The notes below the pieces were generated by a model. It searched no databases. It was not told where the DNA came from and worked only from the letters and a program-made list of their open reading frames with translations. A DNA stretch of 64,000 nt from Guillardia theta CCMP2712 (Eukaryota > Protista > Cryptophyta), in NCBI RefSeq assembly GCF_000315625.1, contig NW_005434493.1, positions 28,964-92,963 of the forward strand. The letters run 5' to 3'. Numbering within the stretch: the stretch's first letter is position 1; each line of letters opens with the position of its first letter. Positions 1-13,929 of this stretch are shown one piece after another. Made by a program: the position numbers and the translations under genes.

Positions 1-2165
1 GGAGCAGGACGAAATCTGCGTAGAACCGTTGGTGTTGCTGTGTGAATGGTTCGGACAGGGCAGACAGGCGCCTATCACGGCTATGTCAGGGTTGTACGTG
101 CTGGCAGGGCAATTCTGGCACGACTTCAACGCAATGTCGTAGTAGGTGCCGGAAGGGCAAGGCAGGCAGTATCCAAGCACGTCGGAATAGCTGCGGTAGT
201 AGCCAGGAACGCAGCTGCATTCGTAGCTCCCGGCAGCGCTCTTAGCGTAGGTAAAGCAGGGCTTGCAAGTGGTAGACGCTACAGCGCCGATCTGTGCGGA
301 AAACGTGTCGGAAGGACAGGGCGTACAGGCGTTGTCGGATATTTGATCCTTGTAGTAGCCTTTAGATCAGGGAATGCAGGTCTTGGATCCGCCGGCAATC
401 AAAGGCTCGTAACCAACCTGGCAAAGGCAGCTGGAAATCAGACTGGATCCGTTCGCCAGTGTTGTCGTTAGCGCCGGACATGGCAGGCAATCATCAATCG
501 TCACCGAAGCGGCAGTTTGCATGTAGAATCCGATAGCGCAGGCAACGCAAGGGCCTTTCCCTTGGTAGTTCTTGTAGTATCCGGATTGGCAGGCCGCGCA
601 GGCAACGCCGTCGCTGTTAGCAGTGTATCCTTCCTTGCATCTGCAGGCCAGAACGTTCACCGAAGAGCTCGGCGCTACCGAATTGGAAGGGCAGGGTAAA
701 CAGCTGGCAACGCTGGCAGATAGCGTAGTGATAGAGTAGGTGTCAGCAGGACAATCCTTGCAGGCTTCCGTCCCGTTTCCGTATCGTCCAAGTCCGCAGC
801 TCACGCAATCAACGCCTATCTTCTGGAAGCCGGAATCGCACTTGCAGTCTTCCAGCTTGGAAGCACCTGGGATGGAAGTGGAATGCAGCGGGCAGCTGGT
901 GCATTGAAGGACGCTGGTAGCGCCTATCGCGGAGCTGTAAGTGTTTTCAGGGCAGAGCGTGCAGATGAAGGAAGCGGCGAAATTCTTGTACGGTCCGGCA
1001 GCGCACGGGACGCATCCGTTGGAACCATTAAAGTTGGTGTAGCCAGCTACGCACTGGCAGTCTTCAATCCTGGAAGAGCCGGCAGCGGAAGTGGTGAAGG
1101 CGGGACAGGGCTTGCAGGCCGTGTCTAACGCATAGGCTTCCGAATAGTAGTTTTCGGGACAGGAAACGCAGGCATAATCACCAAGGTTAATCTTGTTCGT
1201 TCCAGGCTCGCAGGGGACACAGGACGTGTTGCTGTCTGATTTGGTGAAAATGGAAGTGATGCTGCAATCTGCATCAATGTAATTCCTTGGAATGATAGAA
1301 GATGCGGCCGTGAACAAAACAAGCAAGACCACCATAATCTCGTTTCAGTGTAACCAGCTGGACATGGACAATATACCGCGCTATAAGGCCGTAAACAATC
1401 AACCAAATTCAAGTAGACGATGTAATCAGTGGGACAATCTTCGTAACAACGACTTCCAATAAGCGTCAGGCCGCTGGGGCAGGTGCAGATTGTCTTCTGT
1501 TGGATTGTAGTCTGAATCAGCTTGTAGCCGGGAAGGCAGAGACAGGAACCGAAGCTAGCAGAGCCGCGGCTGGATGTGGAATTGGCAGGGCAAAGCCGGC
1601 ATGAAGTGGATTGCGTTACATCGGAATAAGTCCCTACAGCACAACTTTCGCAGACGCTGGAAGAAGAAGCGCCGACAACCTTCGAAAAAGTGCCAAGCGG
1701 GCATGGAAGGCAGCGTGAAGAGCTGATCGCAGCAGTCTCCGGTTGGTAGGTTCCGGCAGGGCAAAGCGTACAATCACCGCTGCCTGTGCTGTTCTTGTAA
1801 GATCCAGCGGCACAAGGCAGGCAGTCGGCGCCGAAATAGCCCTGCTTGCAGATACACAGTGAAGCATCCGTGCTTCCATCCCCAATGGCGAACTTACCGG
1901 TGCCGCAGACGGTGCATTCGCCGTTTCCGATCGCTGGCTTGAACGTGCCTGGAAAGCAGGGCTGGCAGCTGCCGTCGACCAGCAAGAAGTATCCCGCCAG
2001 ACAGACGCATTCTGAAGCTGACTTGGAGCTGTAGATCGCTGTAGTCTTCGAAGCAGGGCACGAAGCGCAGAAGGTAAGACCAGCAGAAGGATTGTAAGAA
2101 CCGAGCTGGCATTGGCTGCATGAAACATAGCCCGTTCCTTCATATCCGACGCTGCAGAGACAGAT
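1..2165 (-). pseudogene. Disrupted Cys-rich repeat protein (GCC2/GCC3 / ephrin-receptor-like CxxC repeats); runs off the window edge
   Basis: Continuous CxxCPxGxY / SxxxCxCxxGY repeats from ~2163 (CLCSVGYEG) through ORFs 1125-1985 and 367-1335 and on to base 1. Frameshift near 1291-1296, in-frame TGA at 367-369, no introns and no start codon upstream of 2165. Confidence 0.75.
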
Positions 2166-2671
2166 TTTAAGAAGTGTTACTATCCAAATAATTTGTACTA
2201 TCTATCCAATTGTCCTATATCCATGATTTCCGGCGCGTTTCTGTCTAATACCCCCTCTTCGCTTCCTCCATCTGTTGCATAAACCATGCTCTCGACTCTG
2301 AGCTCCATTCGCTCAGAGAGTCTTCAACCAGGTCGCGTCTCGCCTGCCGACATGTCGAGCGGATGGCTTCTGCGATAGCGTCGGGAGTGCATCCCCCCTC
2401 AGCTCTGCAAGCCTGAGTGTCCTCAGTGACTACCAGGATACTTGAACGCTTCATGAAGCTCTTCAATCTCTCGACGAGGTCGGCGGCCTCCTCGACGTGG
2501 CCTCCAGAGCGCTCATCATACTGTAGTACCATAGTTAGAAAGCTGTTTGAACTATACCAAGCACTTGCTCGCAGCTTCCTCCGGTCCCGGGCCCTTGCGC
2601 TCTCCCTATGCGCCGCAGATGTGCATGCCTCTGCTAACGGGCCGGTCCCATGGCTCTGCTAAAGGGCCGGT

Positions 2672-2692
2672 CCCTAAACCCTAAACCCTAAA
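2672..2692. repeat. Interstitial plant-type telomeric repeat (CCCTAAA)3; a second (CCCTAAA)2 at 3188-3201
   Basis: Read directly: ccctaaaccctaaaccctaaa and ccctaaaccctaaa. Confidence 0.85.
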
Positions 2693-3597
2693 GTGCTAAC
2701 CCTGCTTCTGAGGTCTCTTTCTTCTTTCTACTTCCAGTCTTCTCTTGGTTTCCTCAGCCTCAGTCAGGCCTCTCCTCCCCTCGGCCTTCAGGCGCCACCT
2801 ACTCCTCCTCCAATCAGCTTCCTCAGCCTCAGTCAGAAGAGTTGCCTCTCCTCACCTTCGCCTTCGATTGCCTCCTACATCCTCTCCTTACCTTGCTTAC
2901 CGGGCCTTGCTAACCCGTCGGTCGCTCTTCGAGTCCCCCTCTTGTCCACCTCTTCTTCGCCTTCATGTCTTGCTTCAAAGCTCCGCTCAGCTCAAGCTCG
3001 GTACGGGCTCGCCCCGTCTCCTTCCTCGCCCTCGCCTTGCTCTTCCTCCATGTCCTCCTCTTCTTCATCATCTTCCCTCATCTCCACCCGCAGTCGGTCC
3101 TTCTTGTCCACCTTCAGCGGGCAGGCCAGCACATGCATCTCTGCGAATTTCACGTGACTCAGTGCTATAAACAGGAAGCTAACAGATCCCTAAACCCTAA
3201 ATCGTGTACGCGATCTTCTTGTTCATCGTAGTGAACGAGCAAGTCACAACCAGGCGATTGGTAAAGGTGGAATTCGCCGTAAGGAGGCTGCAAGGCATAA
3301 CATGCGCCTACAACAACACCTGATGCGCACGGGTGCGTCCGATTAATCGTGCTCACTTGTTGTGTTCGGATTTACAAACACACCTTCCTTCAGTCGTGAT
3401 ACTACACTTGCAGTATCCGGACGAAGAAGAAGCCGCAATCATCATGGCAACTCATCAGTTACCAGATCAATCGATCATCCAATGCACAACACGGTCAAGT
3501 TTACTAATCTTGCGCTGCACTCACCTCCTCGTTCATACCCACAGCCAAACTCGCTCCTCCACTCCAATGAAGAACTGAACAAGCAGCGTTGTTGTTT

Positions 3598-3689
3598 TAT
3601 TTGGCAAATAATACATAAGACCATGGGCCGAAGCTGATGGCGTGTATTATTTGGCAAATAATACATAAGACCATGGGCCGAAGCTGATG
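3598..3689. repeat. ~42-bp direct duplication
   Basis: tatttggcaaataatacataagaccatgggccgaagctgatg occurs twice, at ~3598 and ~3648. Confidence 0.85.
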
Positions 3690-4153
3690 CAGAGCACAGG
3701 ATGAGGAGGAGAGGCTGCCAGGACAGAGTGAATCTTGAAGAAGATCGAGCTCAACAAGACATCGCTAACTCGGAACAGGGGGTGAGGGGGGAGAGCGCCT
3801 CGACAGGAGGAGCAGCGAAGGGTTGCAACCCTCCCAGCGAGCTTCCATGGCAAGCACCATGAAATCTGTCTCGAGACCTGTCGCTGAATGCACAGATGGC
3901 CATTGGTGTTGTTGTTGTTGCTGAATGCAAAGATGGCCATTGTTGTTGTACGTTTGGATCAACCACAGCGGCACCGATTAGTGTGTCCAACATGAACTAC
4001 ATTTTCGTTTGATTATCATGTTTGCTGTAATAGGCGAATTATTCACAGCAAAGAAGCTGATTGTAACAGGTAAAGATGGTATTTATATAGCTGATATTGA
4101 ACTGCAAACTAGGATAAACGTAGAGCTACTATATGTGACTCTATTGCATCAAG

Positions 4154-4744
4154 TTACAACGTCGCAGGCTGCTTCTTGTCTTTGCGAAGCTGCTCCTCTT
4201 TCTTGCGAAGCTGCTCCTCTTTCTTGCGAAGCTGCTCCTTGTCTTTGCGGAGCTGCTTCTTGTCTTTACGTTCTGCATGCCTCCTCGGATCCTGTTGCCC
4301 TACACACTTGATCTCTTTCTCTACAACCTGAATATCGTTCTCTACACTCTTGATCTCTTTCTCTACACTCTTGATCTTTTTCTCTACAACCTCGATCTCT
4401 TTCTCTACCCCCTCGATCTCCTTCTCTAACCCCTCGATCACTTTCTCTACCTCCTTTTTGGAGCTCTCATCTCCTCCGCGCAGAGTGAGACATTCTCGGA
4501 CATTACCAATATTCCGTAGGTCACTCTCAGGGGCGTCTAGCAAAGTTTGTGCAGACCTTGTTTGGAATCCTCCGCTCAAACATGTCAAAGGTGTCAAAGA
4601 TCTAGCAACCTCGAAGGCCCTACGAAAGCTTCCGTCCATCTCCCTCCCATCAGCGAACTGCATGCTTGCCGGTCTCTTGAAGCATGCGAAGAGGACAAGC
4701 AAACCACGCATGGCAGGTACCGGCACAGCGGAGGCAGGCGCCAT
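4154..4744 (-). CDS. Signal-peptide-like ORF with an LRGG motif and 21-bp heptad coiled-coil repeats; probably truncated
   Basis: Hydrophobic N-terminus, CLTLRGG, then EKEIEGV/EKKIKSV and KEEQLRK heptads encoded by 21-nt tandem units. Confidence 0.5.
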   Translation of the reverse strand: MAPASAVPVPAMRGLLVLFACFKRPASMQFADGREMDGSFRRAFEVARSLTPLTCLSGGFQTRSAQTLLDAPESDLRNIGNVRECLTLRGGDESSKKEVEKVIEGLEKEIEGVEKEIEVVEKKIKSVEKEIKSVENDIQVVEKEIKCVGQQDPRRHAERKDKKQLRKDKEQLRKKEEQLRKKEEQLRKDKKQPATL

Positions 4745-4754
4745 CTCATCGGTC

Positions 4755-5818
4755 TTTACTCAAAGTGCTTTCCGCCAAAGTGAATTAAAATAAACTGCCT
4801 ACAGGGGGACGGCGAGAAGAGAAAAGACAGCGAGAACCAAACCCAATCCTGCCGACTGCTGTCCCCCAAACTTAACTGATACCTTCGCTTAACTGCGCGC
4901 AGGACAAGTCCCCCGCGCGGCCATGCCAGCGATGTCGCGGTGGCCGCCGCCGAAGGAATGAGACACATACCGGGATGCACCCGCGATGATGGCAGCGAAG
5001 GACAGGGAGGCCTTGAGCTGACGAAAGATCCTGGACCGGATGCGTTTGCAAGTCGGATCACCTGAGACGTCTTGCGAGGCCGAGAGACCATCCAGCGCTG
5101 CCGTTTCCTTGTTCGCCGAGCGATCCGCCAGCCACCACAGAAAGCGCAACGCATCGTCCTGCAAGAGGCCATCAGTGCTGGCGATGATGGGAAGAAAGGC
5201 CTTTGGCGGGACTGCATTACGATGCCCTCGGATCTTCCGCTGTGCTGCCGCTTGCAGTTTGCTCCGAGCCAGGTCCGGTATTCCATCATTGTCAAAAACA
5301 TGTGACATGCTGAAGTCCAGGATTAACCCATGCCATCCGCCTCCAGTAGCCATCAGTTGTGGAAGTTCGAAGTCCCCTACATGATGATCTTCAGGGCCGT
5401 GTTGGGAAACGTTCTGCCCTAGTAGTGCCGGGTACGCCTTGCCATGTGGACACGGCATCTCACTCCGGAATCTTTGATGAGGGTACTGAGGACGGCATTG
5501 CAGGGCTGCGGTGCCTGCAGGTTGCCATGTGTGTGGTCCCCCCAGGATGACGGAGAAGATGTCAGCGGCAGCCACCAAGCTGATGGGCCGGGCTGCTGCT
5601 CAAAGATCCCAAGGTTTGTACTTTCCATAATCGAGTGCCAAATCGTGCGCTGAGGGGTAAACTGACACAGAAGTTCATCAACCGGGTGGCCTGGTACCGT
5701 CTCGAAGGGGAGTAGAGAAGCTGGAGTGGTGTGCCAACAAAGATCTCTGGCGCTCAGAAAGGTGAGCCCGAATACTGCGGAACCGAGGAAACTCCGCTTT
5801 AACTTAACTTTGAGTAAA
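4755..5818 (-). mobile_element. Degenerate RLE-domain (CRE-like non-LTR) retroelement remnant bounded by inverted TTTACTCAAAGT ends
   Basis: Frame-shifted SAWWLPL..WGDHTH..CNAVLSTL (zinc-knuckle-like), then GDFELP..LILDFSMSH..AAQRK..FLPIIASTDG..LRFLWWLA (PD-(D/E)xK RLE pattern). tttactcaaagt at 4755-4766 and actttgagtaaa at 5807-5818. No RT motifs seen. Confidence 0.6.
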
Positions 5819-7356
5819 GTAGTAGTGCTTGCGGCGTCAGCCGCTCCTGACCCGACTCCCGGCCCGCCGCCGGCTTAGACTCTGATAGACTCTATTGGCC
5901 TTGCAAGACGGGTGGTTTTCAGAATCATGTACCCCGTGTTGGGGTAGGGTATCCTGAGTTCCAGAAATAGCGCAAGGGCCGCGCAATGTTCGGACTCCTG
6001 CAGCAGGTACGATGAAGGGAGAGAGAAACGCAACCGATGACGAGCGCGTAATGTCAAGTTTAACCCATCAAATACATGATAGTTCACGACGCGTAGAGAG
6101 CATTGATTTGTTGTCATCACTTGGATTCGTGATGATCACGCAAGTAGTTGTAAGTGATGGTGTTTGCACCAGTAAAATGCGATGTTTGTCCTGTGGCGGT
6201 TAGGATTGTTGAGAGAAGGGCATGACGATCACAGAGAATTGATGCTAAGATGTTCTTGATGTAATTTTGCGGTGTTCTTTATGTCTTGGAATGTGTGAAG
6301 TTAGGAGATAGATTCGAGACATGGTTTGAGGCCTTAGACCATTGTACTCGAGAGAAATTAGAAAGTTGTTTGAGTCAATACGATTCTCAGAGATGATAGG
6401 CTAATTGTTGATGTTTTTTTTATGCTCCATATGATCGAAGAAATGAGACTCTTCTCATGCAAAGCATTTGTATGTAGCAACATACTTGTTTTTATGCCAG
6501 AACGAAATGACCATCAAGCATCGAAGGGCTGATTTATAGTGTTTTCTAATGCCGTTACCGAGATCTTTGATGTTCTATATCACGCTCATGAAATTGTTAC
6601 TTGCATTCACTTACACTAGCAAATCTGATGATGTTGTAAACATAGCTTTTTAGTATAGTACCTGTCATGATAACAAGCGTGTCTTGGTCGATTTGAATAC
6701 GATTCTGAAGTTGCTTGTTACGACATTCTAATCTCAACTTCTTTTGATGTTTCCAAATGTTAACTTTGAATAGACCGCAGCGGCCTCCGAGTACGGTGGA
6801 CCTACACCCACGGCCCACGTTGATGCAGATCAGTATCTTGGATTCGTAGGCATCCCGAAGCCCCCTGTGAGATCTTATGCTGCCTGAAAGATCATTCGCC
6901 GATCCTTGACTTGTTCCGCAGCCTGGATACCTCCCACCTCTTGGCGCCAGCGCATACACCTGGCCGAACATCTTCAAGAACATGAAGCGCATGGACTACT
7001 GCGTAGACAAGTTTGACTTCTTGGGCAACAGGGTTGCTTGTATCAATAAGTTCACTGGACCCCTGCTGAGCTAAGAGTATTTGATCAAGCATAGACAATG
7101 AATCTTGCGGATGATGTTGGAGTACTCATGTAGGCGTTTCTTTTTGGAATTGGTTCGGGCAGAAGTTAAATACATCCAACTTGTGACATCTATGCACGAC
7201 AGATCGTCGTCAGCAACACTTTACACCCATACTTGATTCTCAACTTCTCCATCAATCATGTACACTAGTGATTTCAAAGTGATGCAAAAATTTGCGAAAT
7301 CCATCTTTTCAGCGAAGCTATATGTAGTATCCAAACAAAGTGCAAGGGACGGGCTT

Positions 7357-9471
<2,115 letters not shown>

Positions 9472-10555
9472 ACCTGTATAATGAGTTACAATAATAGTTC
9501 AGTTTATGTATTGAGCGTCGTAGTCAAACATATGTTCAAAACATGAGAGACACTTCAGCTAAAATTGCAGGCTTTCCCGAAGCTCTTTAGCGATTTCCTG
9601 GTTCGATTCTTCATGGCTCAGCAATCATTTTTCCACCTCCACTACGCTCTGATCAAGTTTCTCCACCTATATTTTTGATTCCTTGCCACACATGACTTTC
9701 TTTAACATCTTAGTTTCGTCATCATGGGCTACTTTGTTCGAACATTATGCTGTATTTCTCCTCTTTCTCCCTGGCTTGCCTAGCATGCTACAACGCAGTC
9801 AAAGGCGATCAAGGGCAAGCATACACAGTGCTAGTAGAGTCTTTTCTTTTCCTCCCCTACTGCTCGCTACACCTGGTACTACACAAACAATTGTATTTTA
9901 AATTAAAAATTATTGCTATCATATTATTACATAAAGTTTTAAGATTAGTCAATACAACAAAACCTAAAGTACCGAGGTAGGGGAAGAACATATTTAAAAA
10001 CAATTTAATAGAATCTTAGACCGATAAAAAATTATTAACTTTAAAATCATTACGACAAAATAGATAAAACGTTTTTGATGTGTTATTTAGGACATCCTAT
10101 TTTTTCCTATGCACCCATCTATGACCCACTAGGTCCTTCCTCGTCGGCGAGGAGGCCTCTGCCATCCGTTGACCCTCCGTGAGTTCGCTCAATTTCATTA
10201 AAATGAAACCTTGATATGTATATTTGAAATATCTTTATTGCTATTTGAAAACGTCTAGGATTTGTGATCGAGAGGGTTAACGCGACGGGAAACCATGATG
10301 CGCGTCGGCGGCGCAATGGCAGCTTTCAGGTACCCCAGAGCGAACTTTTAAGCGCAATGCCTGGAATGCTGGAATGCTAGAAGAAGGAGTAGTCCTGAGA
10401 CATGCTTGACTGAATCCTCTGGCTTCCTATGCCCCCTCGAGCTAGTTTTCTTCTGTCAAGTGCATCCATGCATTCATGACTCTTTCTTTGGGGCGTTACC
10501 GTAGGAATCACATATCTTAGTTATCCAGATAATTTGCTCTGCCATTTTGTATTCA

Positions 10556-12002
10556 ATGGTAGACACGAGGTATTTGAGATAGAAATGTCCCGCTTGCATT
10601 TTGTTTGCATGTCTTTTTTTTGAATTCTTGTGACTGATTTCGATTCAGGAGTGCTGCGAGCGTATCGATTTCAAAATCAGCGGCATGGAAGCCTTTGTCA
10701 ACAATCAGCAGAAGGCAGATGTCAGTTTCAGCGAAGGCTTTGACATATTCTTCGCGTGTGAAACCGGGAGACGAACTTATCATGAATGTGGACGAAAGCA
10801 CCCTGGCAAAACCATCAGGCTCTCAATCTCTAGTCAGATTTCTAGCATCATCAATTTCCCCGACCGATTACGTGGTGATGCATGCCCAGGATGATTCTTC
10901 AGTGCCTTCTCCCCCGACAATGTCCAAAAAGAGGTTTGTTCAGGCTCATGATATCAAGCCAGTTCACGCCATTCATCACGTTTTCGACAAGTTGCCTTCG
11001 CTGCCGGCTGTTGGGGGTGTTGAAGGGGTGGCAGTCGTGGAGGAGTCTGGTCCTAATTCCAAGCTCAAAGTGGGTGATTGGGTGATCCCTCTTCCCGGAG
11101 TTGGTACATGGAGGACTCATGCACTACTTGATGAATCACAAGTGATTCCCGTACGCAATGACATTCAACCTGAATATGCTGCAGTGTTGGGTCTTGGACC
11201 AGCTACAGCATACAGATTGTTTCATGATTTTGTCAATCTGAAGGAGGGAGACTGGATTGTTTTGAACTACAGTGACTCTCTCGTTGGGCAAACCGTGGTT
11301 CAACTTGCAGCAAAGAAGGGAGTGAAAGTGATTGCAATGCTTACACCATACCAGTACATTCAAGTGTTCTCGGCGCATCTGAAAGCGCTGGGAGTGGACA
11401 TCGTGGTCAATGAGAATGTTGTGAATACATGGAGCATGCGGGAAATGCTTTCGGAATTGCCTCCTGTTAAGCTCGGACTCGATTGCCTTGGGGGTGATTC
11501 TGGTCGAAAGGTTGCCAGAGTAGTTGGAAAGAATGGAACTTTCGTCTCATATGGAAATGTCGATGCTTCTGGGTATTATGCATCCTACAAACCCTTCATG
11601 ATCCCAAAAGACAAGAACTTGAACATCCAGGTGCCCTCCTGATATTCTTTTTGCAAAAATGTTTTGTGTTTGATTGACATCTATGCAGCAATTTCTTCTC
11701 AGCAGTTGGTTAGCGAAGGCATCACAAGATGAAAAAAAGAAGATGATAGACGATCTTGCCACAATGGTAGATATATGTTTGCTTGCTTCGTTTCTATACC
11801 TGGCCCTCAAAGCCGTTGGTCAGGTCAAAGACACCAAGCTTCATCTTTTGATGGAGCGCAAACCCTTTGAAAGCCATCGACTGGTGAGTTTCCAAGATTT
11901 GGTTCTTTTTCTTGCAAGATTTGCAGCCTGAACAAATCTTAGGCATTGAGGCTCGGATGGGAGATGATGCGAGACCGTCGCCTTGTGATGACCATGAACT
12001 AA
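10556..12002 (+). CDS. MECR: Mitochondrial trans-2-enoyl-CoA/ACP reductase (MDR family), multi-exon
   Basis: LPAVGGVEGVAVV, GDWVIP..GTWRTH, PATAYRLFHDFVNLKEGDWIV; Ser/Arg-rich presequence. Confidence 0.85.
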
Positions 12003-12236
12003 AACGAAGCGCGAATTCAATCTTCACCAGGAACTAGCATTATCTGTAAATGATATTTCAAGCACACTTATGCTGTTTGATGAACTGTGCCACTCAATTG
12101 CATTTGAGTAGAATATTGATTTAAACTCTACTCGAATCTGCTTTCCCTTTTCGTTTGTGCTTCGGTTGGAATCACATCACGTCATATCACATCACATCAC
12201 TTCGAATAGAAATGTGCAGGCGCATACTTCACAACC

Positions 12237-12869
12237 TCAGCAGCCTCTGCCAAGGACCTGGTGATAATGTCAAAGAAACAACAGAGTGATTCACAGAAAT
12301 GACTTCGCAAAGCTCCTTCCGATCCTTCCTCATCTTTTTGATTTCCTTCCCTTGTTGCTGTCGTGAAGAAAAAAAAGAGATAAAAAAGTTTAAGTTGGTT
12401 ACAGCGCATCGAAGTTCTGCACCTGAGCCTTGCGAATATCAGCTTGCCATCTCGGGACATTTCCTGATTTCTGAAGCAGAGTATGAGAGAAACATGTCTC
12501 CCTTTGCAGGCATGCTTACATCCTTCTTTCTGATCTCCTCAAGCTGCTTCTTGACATCCTCTGGAGTTTGTGCAGCTGGAGCGCTTTGAATAGGCACTGG
12601 TTCTGCTGCAAGAACAGATGAACTTCCAAGAGCTGTGACAAGGCCTGCGAAAGTAATGATATCATTCAAAACAATGTATCACTTGGATTCTGAAGTTTAC
12701 CTGACGCTAAGGTTGTCATAGCTGCTCTCCGAGACATGTCCCTGCATGCAGAGACCTCCACACTTGATTTTTCAAGAGACATAGACGGGAAGGTGGAGGG
12801 GAGAGAGAAAGACATTGCCACTGGCAAGCAGCAAACGAAGGCCGCGATCGTCATTCGAACAAAAGCCAT
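12237..12869 (-). CDS. Small plastid-targeted, probably thylakoid-lumen protein of unknown function (4 exons)
   Basis: Signal ending AMS|F, transit peptide, twin-Arg SRRAAM plus hydrophobic stretch ending VLA. The spliced frame ends KKMRKDRKELCEVLGRGC*. Confidence 0.7.
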
Positions 12870-13074
12870 TTTGATGGTTTATATGACTTCGCTCCGAGGC
12901 TCTGTTGGCCACCTGCAAGCATGAAACGGTTCTGTAACCGTTTCTCAAGGTCATTCAAGAAATTTACTATGTTACTTTTACGTTGTATCCGGTTGTGCCC
13001 CCGCACCTCTACCAGTTAACTGAAGTTTTTGAGAGGACGTTATTAGTTAGGGGCTGGCCCGTTGGCTGCTCTCT

Positions 13075-13806
13075 ATGCGACTCAATCGAATGGCAAGGGA
13101 GCGCGGGATGCTAATGAGCCTGGTGGCAATTAGCGTCATGGCTCGCTCCTCGTCCTCCTTTAGCTCTGCTTTTTCTGCGTCACCCTGGTGTAGTCAGACT
13201 CTGAGAAGCGTGGCCAGAGAGAGGGGGGGCGGTGAAGCCGGGGATGGAAGGATCGAAATGATCCTAGGCCCCATGTTTGCTGGGAAGAGCACAGAACTAA
13301 TGCGAAGAATGCGTAGACACAAACTCGCGAATCTTCAATGCATCATCATCAAATACGAAAAAGATCTCCGTCACGGTGAGGGGTTAGATAAGCTTGCCAC
13401 ACATGATAATCATAGGGTTGCTGCTGTGCCTTGCTCGCGATTGTACGATCTTTTCAAAGAAGCTTCGAGCATGGACGTGATAGGAATCGACGAAGCTCAG
13501 TTCTATCCGGATCTTGTTGCCTTTTGCGAAGAACTTGCTGAGATGGGAAAGATTATCATTCTCTCAGCACTTGATGGCGATTTCCGACGCGAACCGTTTG
13601 GGGCAGTGACGAGTCTTGTGCCCAAAGCAGAGAGTATCATCAAACTAACAGCTGTATGCAAGCTTTGTCATCAGGAGGCTTCTTTTACTCGCCGGACAAC
13701 AGCCGATGTCGCGCTCGAGGCCATTGGAGGTGAAGAGATGTACATGCCCACCTGTCGAAAGTGTTTTCGGGCACCTTTGCCTTCACGGGAGACAGGAGGG
13801 GAGTGA
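13075..13806 (+). CDS. TK1: Thymidine kinase (TK1 family), intronless, with N-terminal extension
   Basis: GPMFAGKS P-loop, IGIDEAQF, LDGDF, CKLC and CRKC zinc ligands. Confidence 0.95.
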   Translation: MRLNRMARERGMLMSLVAISVMARSSSSFSSAFSASPWCSQTLRSVARERGGGEAGDGRIEMILGPMFAGKSTELMRRMRRHKLANLQCIIIKYEKDLRHGEGLDKLATHDNHRVAAVPCSRLYDLFKEASSMDVIGIDEAQFYPDLVAFCEELAEMGKIIILSALDGDFRREPFGAVTSLVPKAESIIKLTAVCKLCHQEASFTRRTTADVALEAIGGEEMYMPTCRKCFRAPLPSRETGGE

Positions 13807-13929
13807 TGTCCGACGACTCTTAGATGCCGCAATGCGTAAAATCATTTCAATGACTCTCTCAAGTGTTGATCCACACGAAAAAAATATGCTAGATGTACAA
13901 AGTTTGTTGCATTCACAACTCCTTGAGAT

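Noticed and set aside
4154-4440. 21-bp periodic repeats as a CRISPR array
   Set aside because: Tandem units with no unique spacers; they encode heptads, and the context is eukaryotic.
6597-7250. Short ORFs as a gene or viral protein
   Set aside because: No recognisable motif, and frames are interrupted.
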